Positions 56,135 through 64,000 of a DNA stretch of 64,000 nt are shown piece after piece. Source of the stretch: the human T2T-CHM13v2.0 reference genome, Homo sapiens; assembly GCF_009914755.1 (NCBI RefSeq), contig NC_060937.1; one strand, 5' to 3'. The notes beneath the pieces are model-generated. The model saw only the letters and a list, made by a program, of their open reading frames with translations, made no database searches and had not been told where the DNA came from. Each line of letters starts with the position of its first letter. Within the stretch, counting starts at the first letter, position 1. Made by a program: the position numbers and the translations under genes.

Positions 56135-56370
56135 ATAATTATAGTTACTAACCCTTAGTGGAGGCCAGGCATGGTTCCAAATGCTTAATATTTATTACCT
56201 CATTTATCCTTTCTAACAACCCTAGGAGAGTGGTATTATCATTGTCTCTATTTTACGGATTCAAAAAGAGGGGGAGAGAAAAAGTAAGCTATTTGTTCAT
56301 GAGAGTTCATAGTAGAACCAAGTTTTGAAATCAGTCTGATTTTAGATCCTCACTCGTAGCTGCTATCCTT
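56135..56370 (-). mobile_element. MIR
   Basis: CCTCATTTATCCTTTCTAACAACCCTAGGAG...CTATTTTACGGAT. Confidence 0.7.
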
Positions 56371-56603
56371 TCCTTATATATATTGGAAAGTCACCATTTT
56401 AGCTGATTTTATTATTTACTAATGAAAAGTTGACTTATGACTCTTCATAGCTGATAGTTTTACAATATGTATCTTGATTTGCCAAATTTCTACATTGTTT
56501 TTGAAATTTAAAAAATTTCCCTATAGAGAAAAATATGTATGTGTACACATATATATTTCTTACTAGAGCTATTCTTATACTAGATAGCCATAATAATTAT
56601 AAT

Positions 56604-56622
56604 TCTCTCTCTCTCTCTCTCT

Positions 56623-56656
<34 letters not shown>

Positions 56657-56664
56657 ATGTGTGT
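56604..56664. repeat. (TC)n(TG)n compound microsatellite
   Basis: Seen directly. Confidence 0.95.
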
Positions 56665-57164
56665 TTAATCATAAAATTGAGAGGATAAATAACAGACAGA
56701 CTCTCCTGGAATAAAGGTGCAAAGGGTGAGTATTGATGAGGAAATTGAAAGAAAGAATATATATGAGAATTTAAAAAAGAAATTGCTTCAAGGTGAAATT
56801 ACATGAGCTGGGAGAGGTAGAAAGAAGAGCTAAGGAGAAGGAAGAGAAGGTTATAGCACTGTTTTGTGTACACATTTCCCCTGGAAAGCAGGAATACCAA
56901 TGTGGAGGCACGGGGAGAAGGAAACAGGGCGGCCCATATTAGAATCTTAGGAGAAGGTACATGTAGCTTGAATATACACATTTGATATTTCACATTTTTT
57001 TTAAATATAAAGAAATATATTTCTGTGACAGAGCCCCAGATATCAACACATTCTTAATGGGTAGTCCTGATGGGTAACAGAAACACTAATTCTAAATTAG
57101 TCCCACGAATACCCCTTAAATGCTTGCAACAGAATCGGAGGCAGAGGCAGGGAATCCTTGACAT

Positions 57165-57630
57165 AAAAAAGTAAAAGTTGTAAGGATATGATTGTACATG
57201 TAGAAAATACTAAGGAATTTACAAAAACACTACTAGAACTAATATGTGAGTTTAGTTAGGTTGAAGAATACAAGGTCAGTATGTAAAACAAAAAGTTTGT
57301 TTCTATATACTAGCAATAAACAATTACAAATTACAAATTTTAAATGTTACTATTTATAGTAGCATTAAAACCTTGAAATACTCAGGGATGAATTTGACTA
57401 TATATACATATATGTATGTATATGTATGTACGTATGTATATGTACGTACGTATGTATATGTACGTACATATACATATATACATATATATATGTGTACACA
57501 CACAATACTTATAGTCTGAGAACTACTAAATAAATGGAAAATATACTGTGTTCTGGGATAGAAAACCTCCATATTGTTAATATTTGTCGATTATCCATGA
57601 TTTGGTTTACAAATCTAGTGTAATCCTAGG
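57165..57630 (+). mobile_element. L1M ORF2 fragment with an internal TA/TG/TACG repeat (57399-57502)
   Basis: GATATGATTGTACATGTAGAAAAT (DMIVHVEN), CTACTAGAACTAAT, TTTCTATATACTAGCAAT. Confidence 0.75.
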
Positions 57631-58332
57631 CATTTGGATCTTAATACTCATGGTTAGTGTTAGCTATTGACCTGAAAGTATCATTTATTTTATATTTAAC
57701 CTTTCTTTTCATTCATAAGTAATCACTGATTCAAAAATTTCTCTGAATATACATGTATGTATTAAAGCCAAATAATATGAGTGAAAATAAAATCCAAATT
57801 TTTATCCTTAAAAAGAGATTTCTTTTTTTATTTACAGAGAACATGGATTTTAAAATGTTCAGATAGACTTCTTTAGAGAATAAAGGTGGAGTAAATACTG
57901 AAACCAAATTTTAATTTTAGCAACCAGTAAAAGCTGTCAGGCCAGGGCAGGGAGGTGGAATGTATCCAGGGAAAAAGGCCTGTCCACCTGGCTCTTCACA
58001 TGTATAACACATCCCAGAGCTACAGGACTTAGCAGAAATTGAGCTGGGGGAAACTGGGTTGGAAGAAGGGATGAGTTCAACTTGACTAAAAGTGGTGTCT
58101 CAAGTAGGCAGCATAGGCAGCACCAAGCTTCTACATAAAGAGGTACAGATAACAATGCTAGAGGTGAGAACAAAATAGTCAATCCAGTGAAAACTGAATT
58201 ATAAACCAGCTAGATATCTCAGAATAGTACAGTAGAGAATCAGGATATGGCATCTCTGAAACTTTGCCAAAGTATTTGCTGCTCTCAGCCAGCTCTTATT
58301 GGCCTGGTTGTCATGCTTATCTCTCGAGGAAC

Positions 58333-58636
58333 TTTTTTTTTTTTTTTTTTTTTTAAGACGAAGTCTTGCTCTGTCGCCCAGTCTGGAGTGCAATGGCGTG
58401 ATCTCTTCTCACTGCAACTTCTGCCTCCTGGGCTCAAGTGATTCTCCTGCCTCAGCCTCCTGAGTAGCTGGGATTACAGGCACCCACCACCACGCCCAGC
58501 TAATTTTTATATTTTTAGTAGAGACGGGGTTTCACCATGTTGGTCAGGCTGGTCTCGAACTCCTGACCTCAGGTGATCCACCCACCTCAGCCTCCCAAAG
58601 TGCTGAGATTACTGGTGTGAGTCATCGTGCCCAGCC
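58333..58636 (-). mobile_element. AluSx
   Basis: Full dimer; TSD ATCTCTCGAGGA (58319) / ATCTCTAGAGGA (58638). Confidence 0.95.
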
Positions 58637-58894
58637 CATCTCTAGAGGATTTGAAAGGCACTGCACATCCTCAAATATTTGGAGAGGAAAGAGGAGTCTT
58701 ATGAGGTTTACAAGGTCAGTAAAATTATGCTTCATTGTTTATAAATGTTCTATTTGAAGTAACTTAATTAAAATAATTCCCTTTTCCCTGTTCCACGATA
58801 ACATGCAGTACATGTATGGAAAATTAATGAAATGCTATCTTTTGGCTAGACAGAAATTGTCATTATTACTGCAAAAGATGAATCTTAAACAGTA

Positions 58895-59060
58895 TTCTAG
58901 AAAAAGAGCTGGACTGAGAGCCAGGACCCTGGCTTTGCCATTGTGCTCCTGGGCATTTCACTTATTCTTTCTTAGATTCAGTTCTCTCATCTGTAAAATG
59001 AGCAGGTTGGGCCAGATAATCTCTGAGGCCTATTCCACATCCATAATTGTACAAATCCAT
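58895..59060 (+). mobile_element. MIR (MIR3/MIRc-like)
   Basis: Core TCAGTTCTCTCATCTGTAAAATGAG followed by GGTTGGGCCAGATAATCTCTGAGG. Confidence 0.75.
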
Positions 59061-59581
59061 CATTATTATCACTACTTAATGTGAACAGCTATCTTGTCAG
59101 TGTATACATATACTGATTCAAAGCTGTTGGCTTAATATAATGAGACTTTAAAAAATGTCTGTTTAATTTTTCATAGAAAGAAAACTGAAGTAACGGATTG
59201 AACAAATTTTAAAATAATGTAATTTAGGATGCTGATGCTTTTATTAGAATAGATAAAACATGGTTTGATTTCCTATAACATCTATTCATGTTGCACCCTC
59301 TTCCAATATTTTCATACAGATTTTCCCTCTGCCAACAGCAGTAACCAATTTTAATTGAATGGGGGAAAACAGTTCTGATTGTCTATGTCATTCTATTGGA
59401 TTTCATATCATTGAATTTCAAACCAGTTTCACTGGGACCTGCCAAGAGTGGCTTATGCCAACCTCTGAGTCTCCTTGTTATACTTCTATCCTGGGTAGCA
59501 TTGTTTGCCTTTTTGTCTGCTCTCTGATTAAACTGACATCATTTTGCCTTTTGTGACTCTGGTGTCATTTTCTGTTGACAG

Positions 59582-59593
59582 TGTCTAGTAACG
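59582..59593 (+). other. Candidate 12-nt microexon TGTCTAGTAACG (host gene not identified)
   Basis: TTTTCTGTTGACAG acceptor, ACG|GTAACA donor, branch-like ACTGAC at 59532-59537, length divisible by 3, non-repeat flanks. Confidence 0.4.
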
Positions 59594-60694
59594 GTAACAG
59601 AGTGGTGTCCTTGTGGAATGGGTAGCAGCCATTGATTGGTTAGGTGTATTAATGCTGGCCTGTTAAATGACATGCAGACGTGTCTTTGTGCTAAATGGCA
59701 GCTGAATGGGTGCCAGCGAGAGAGGTTATTAAGCACAGATAAGAGGCAGCACCTCTATTCACTGGCAATGTCACTTTCTCCCATTTGAGGAGAGACATTT
59801 GTTCAAGACACTTTTTTTCTCCTCTCACTGACAATACGTAAGGCAGAAAGTTGGTGTCTACGTTGCTGCATGGCTGCAGAATAGATTGTTTCGAGAAGGT
59901 GAACTCTGGAAAGGTACATTTAGAATGGTTTTTACTTAAAACTGTATTTCAATGAATGTAAACCTTCAAATAACAAAACTTAAATTGTTAACACTATCAG
60001 AAAAAGCAATCGAAAGCACAGTGAAAACAGGTGTCACTTATCATTGCTCTTTATCATTTGGAAATGAAGAAATAATTTTATCTTCTCAGGTCTTTAAAGA
60101 AAATATTGCCTTTTAGTATTAATATTATAAAATATTAAACATTTTGAAATAAGCAAACAGCAAAATATAACAGAACTATAAAACTTTTCAAAATAATTTA
60201 AGAATAAAGTGGTGAAAATATTCTTTGTTTTCATTTTATTGCTTAAATTTTCAGGTATGAATTGTATATGGTTTCAGATATCAGGTATATAACAGACTTA
60301 ACATTGTACTTACTATTGAAAGCCAAAAAAGTCTTTCTGTTCTGAGGAAAATGTCTTCAGTTGTCCTCTTCCCGTTACAAATTAAGCAATGCTGACATTT
60401 TCTGTTCAGGTTTAACTGATACTGGCTAGGCTTGTTATTTGTGGTTTTTGCTTTACTTTGAAATATTCCCCAAATCCTAACTTAGAATCAATCACACTTT
60501 AAGAGTTTAGCCTGTTGCAATGATTTATCTCCTATATCTTCCTTCAGTCTCCAAATTTCTATGAACATACTCCTTTTTGTCTTAACATAAAGCAATTCTT
60601 AAGATTTGCTTATAGAATGTATTAAATATAATTACTAAGTTTAAAACATTCTGCTAGGCACTAAGGACAGAAACAAATGGACAAATATTAATCC

Positions 60695-60855
60695 CCTGCT
60701 TCCATTATGTTACCTCTTTGAGCCTCTATTTTCTTTTCTGTAAAATGAGAATTGCAGTATATCAAAAAGTTGTTCAGGGGTTTTAAATGAAATAGTGTAT
60801 AGGAAGCACATAGCTCATTGCAGGATGCAGAGTTAATGATTACTAAACATAATGT
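60695..60855 (+). mobile_element. MIR
   Basis: ACCTCTTTGAGCCTCTATTTTCTTTTCTGTAAAATGAG. Confidence 0.7.
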
Positions 60856-61097
60856 CTTTATCCCCAAACCATCATAAAATAATTAAATCACAACCTCTAG
60901 GTTCTACTGTGTTTGAACCATGTATCAGATTTGTCCAAGAACCATTCCTTATAGATAATAATCAAGAGATCAAGAAGTGAGATACGATCTCTGACATGTT
61001 TATTCGTAACTCAAATAGAAGACAGCAGTCGAACATATACACACGAAGAAATATATGTGTATTATTTACTTGGTGACTGATATGTAATCTGCACTGT

Positions 61098-61276
61098 TGT
61101 TATTGTTGTTGTTTGTTTGTTTGTTTTCAGAGACAGGGTTTAATTCTGTAATCCAGGCTGGAGTGCAGTGGTGTGATCATAGTTCACTGTAGCCTTAAAC
61201 TCCTGGCTTCAAGGGATCCTCCCAACTTGGCCTCCCACAGTGCTGGGATTACAGGTGTGAACCACCACGCTTGACC
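61098..61276 (-). mobile_element. FAM/FRAM Alu monomer
   Basis: Single monomer with (TTTG)n tail; TGCACTG on both sides (TSD remnant). Confidence 0.85.
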
Positions 61277-63345
61277 TTGCACTGCTTTATTTATGACTCT
61301 CTAAAATCTAAGTCTCTTCACCCATTGGGATGATATTTCATTACATCATGATAAAGTTTTAAGACATAATTATATCAAGAAATTCATAATTATAAATTTT
61401 AAGGTCTTTAATTGCCTTTAAAATGGTTTATGATTTTCTGCATATCCTCTTGTGCATAAAGTTTTGGAAACTTCTTGATCATAGGGGCCCATTTATGTGC
61501 CTAAATTAAAAGAAAATTCAAATTGTTTATTAGCTGCTACTGTAGATGTTACAACGTTCTCAGGTGTATTATTGTTTCTCAAGACCTCAGGTAAGATTTG
61601 AGTTAGTTATCTTAAACACATATTTGGGAGGTTGAAATGGATTATAAATTGTTCACTTGAAACTCAGTATATTTTGGCTTGAGAAACTACAAATTATAAT
61701 GATTCTCAGAACCTGATATTAATAATAAATATATTTTTATTATGCCATGAATTCTTAATGTTTTCCAGAATATTGGGTATTGTTTCTTATACTTTTAAAA
61801 TTTACTCTGCCAAATATAAATGTGCACACATCATTTTTATAGCTTTTGAAAGCACACATTGTGCTTTCTTAAGTACATAGTTTACTATTATCTGTAATAA
61901 TAAGTCAGACTCAAAGAACTCCAGCCAGAACCTTTCCAGAAATAGAGAATGGCAAGATGCCACAGTCAGCTGTAGAACCTGTAGTAAATTTTTTTGAAAA
62001 GCAGTTTTAAAATGTGCTTACTATTTCTTTAGGCACTTACTCTCCTGTGAGGCAGAGGAATGAATGTTTACTCTGAAAATTTAATCTTTGTTGAGTAGTT
62101 TGTTCTCATACTTTCTTACATCTGGCCATACGGCTATGATCCTGAAATAGGATTTCATCTCACCATGTATGGTATGTAAGAGTATGCACCATTATTTGAG
62201 ATTATTTATAAAAATCTAAACAGCATTATATTTTCAGTTACAGAAAGCTTGGTAATTTTAGATAAATAATATGAATTATTCTACCTGTATAATAAACTTA
62301 TACCCAAAATAAAATCCTACTTTTTGTAATAGCACTATAACTTTTATGCAAAAGTATGAACTCAAAATACATAAAACCAAATTTGTGCTATTTTATTTGG
62401 TGCATGTTACTCTGCTCCATACATTTCTCAGTTTGGCTCTGTTGCAAAATGCGTAGAAAATATAAAATTTAGAAAAAGCCAATGTGCCATCTCTGTGTTA
62501 CTTCAATCTCTGCAATGCTCATATCTGGCTGACATAAATGAAATGGCATCTGTTTCTTCAGTGCATTTGATAAATAGGTTTGGAGTAATTTCCTGATGGA
62601 TATTTTGGTTGGTAAATTTCCAGTTGTTGCAAGAGCGATGATGACTCTGACACTCTTCTTTAGAGGTAATTAAACTTTCAGCCCATCTGTGCAGTAACTT
62701 TCATAATATTTTCAAAGGGCACAGAATGCTTTTAGTGTTTGTACTACTTCGTTTTTGCTTGCTAAGGGACCTATTATCTAGCTGAACATTGTTGAAACAA
62801 GTTTTTCAAAAAATGGTTAGTAAAAGAGGACATTAAAAATGTCACACTAGCAAGAGTGTAATGTAGCTAATGCTGAATTTAAAAACAAACTGAAGGATAC
62901 CTTGTTTACCAAAACTACACTTCACATTTTTGTGTTAGGCATTTTATCTTTGACTCTATATGCTATTCACTCCTGACGTGAAATGATGAGGCCCGGATAT
63001 GATCTTTCTTGTTCTGGAGATATTATTTTCTTCATTTTGAGAAGGTTTTAGCTTTTGTGTGTTGCATTAACAGAAAATCATATTAAAATATGTAAACAAT
63101 GAGTTAGACACAGAAGAAAATATTTTTATAAGATTGGATTATCAATTGCTTAAAATAGCATACAACACTAATGGTCATTGTCTCCAGAAGCTAAATTTCA
63201 ATGTATTCATTAAGTATCTAATGGCATCTAGATAGAAATAAGGTTTTAGAGAGTATAAGAACTTTTATATTTTGAAATGTTGTCTTACTTCTTCATTTTT
63301 TCTTATTGTATGTGTTTATTGTATGTAGCTTCAGCATGAAGAAAA

Positions 63346-63662
63346 GGCCAGTGCAGTGGCTCAGGCCTGTAATCCTAGCATTTTGGGAGGCGAGCTGAGC
63401 AGAATGCTTGAGCTCAGGATTTCAAGACTGGCCTGGGCAACATGGTGAACCCCATCTCTACAAAGAATACAAAAATTAGCCAGGCATGGTGGTGCATGCC
63501 TTTGGTCCCAGCTGTTGGGTGGGACTGTGGAATTGGGGGGCGCTGAGGTGGGAGGATCACTTGAGGCCAGGAGGTCCAGGCTTCAGTGAGCCCTGATAGT
63601 GCCACTGCACTCCCACTTGGGTAACACAGTGAGAACCTGTCTCAGAAAAAAGAAGAAAAAAA
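63346..63662 (+). mobile_element. AluJ
   Basis: GGAGGATCACTTGAGGCCAGGAGGTCCAGGCTTCAGTGAGC (J diagnostics); A tail. Confidence 0.92.
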
Positions 63663-63849
63663 TTGAAAATTAAAATCTTCTCTAACTCTATGTAATTAAT
63701 TATCATCAGTTTAGTTGTGTAAGAGCTAAAAAGCCTACAGACACAAATTAAAATTACCCTATGCATTTTCTTTTGCTATCTGGTCTTTTATTTTATTATA
63801 AACATTAAATTTTTTTGACATAACTTACTCAAATTTTTAAAATTAATAT

Positions 63850-64000
63850 TCATAATTTTTATTTGTAATTGACACATTATATGGGGTGCAGTGTGATGTT
63901 TCAATGCATGCATACATTAGATAATGATCAAATTGGTGTAATTACCATATCCATCACTTTAAATATTTACCATTTCCCTATGACGACAACATTCCAAATC
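63850..64000 (-). mobile_element. L1MA 3' end running off the window
   Basis: ATGGGGTGCAGTGTGATGTTTCAATGCATG...AATGATCAAATT...ATATCCATCAC. Confidence 0.8.

Overview
AT-rich, CpG-poor primate (most likely human) non-coding DNA, either a very long intron or intergenic sequence. It is dominated by transposon fossils: AluJ/S/Y, two long reverse-strand L1s, L1M, L2 and MIR fragments, ERV/MaLR LTRs (LTR8-like, THE1, MLT2A1, MER52-like, MLT1), DNA transposons (Tigger, MER30, MER1B, MER5) and microsatellites. No supplied ORF is a credible gene, and I see no RNA gene or CRISPR array. I cannot support a wholly new biological system. The best functional lead is a candidate 12-nt frame-preserving neural-type microexon at 59582-59593 (+). 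The best structural leads are a local inverted duplication with a templated patch (6.8-8.4 kb), a fold-back insert in an L1 (15.6-16.0 kb) and a patchwork block that may be an ectopic insertion (47.6-48.8 kb). Repeat subfamilies were assigned by eye from remembered consensus sequences, and boundaries are approximate unless a TSD is quoted.
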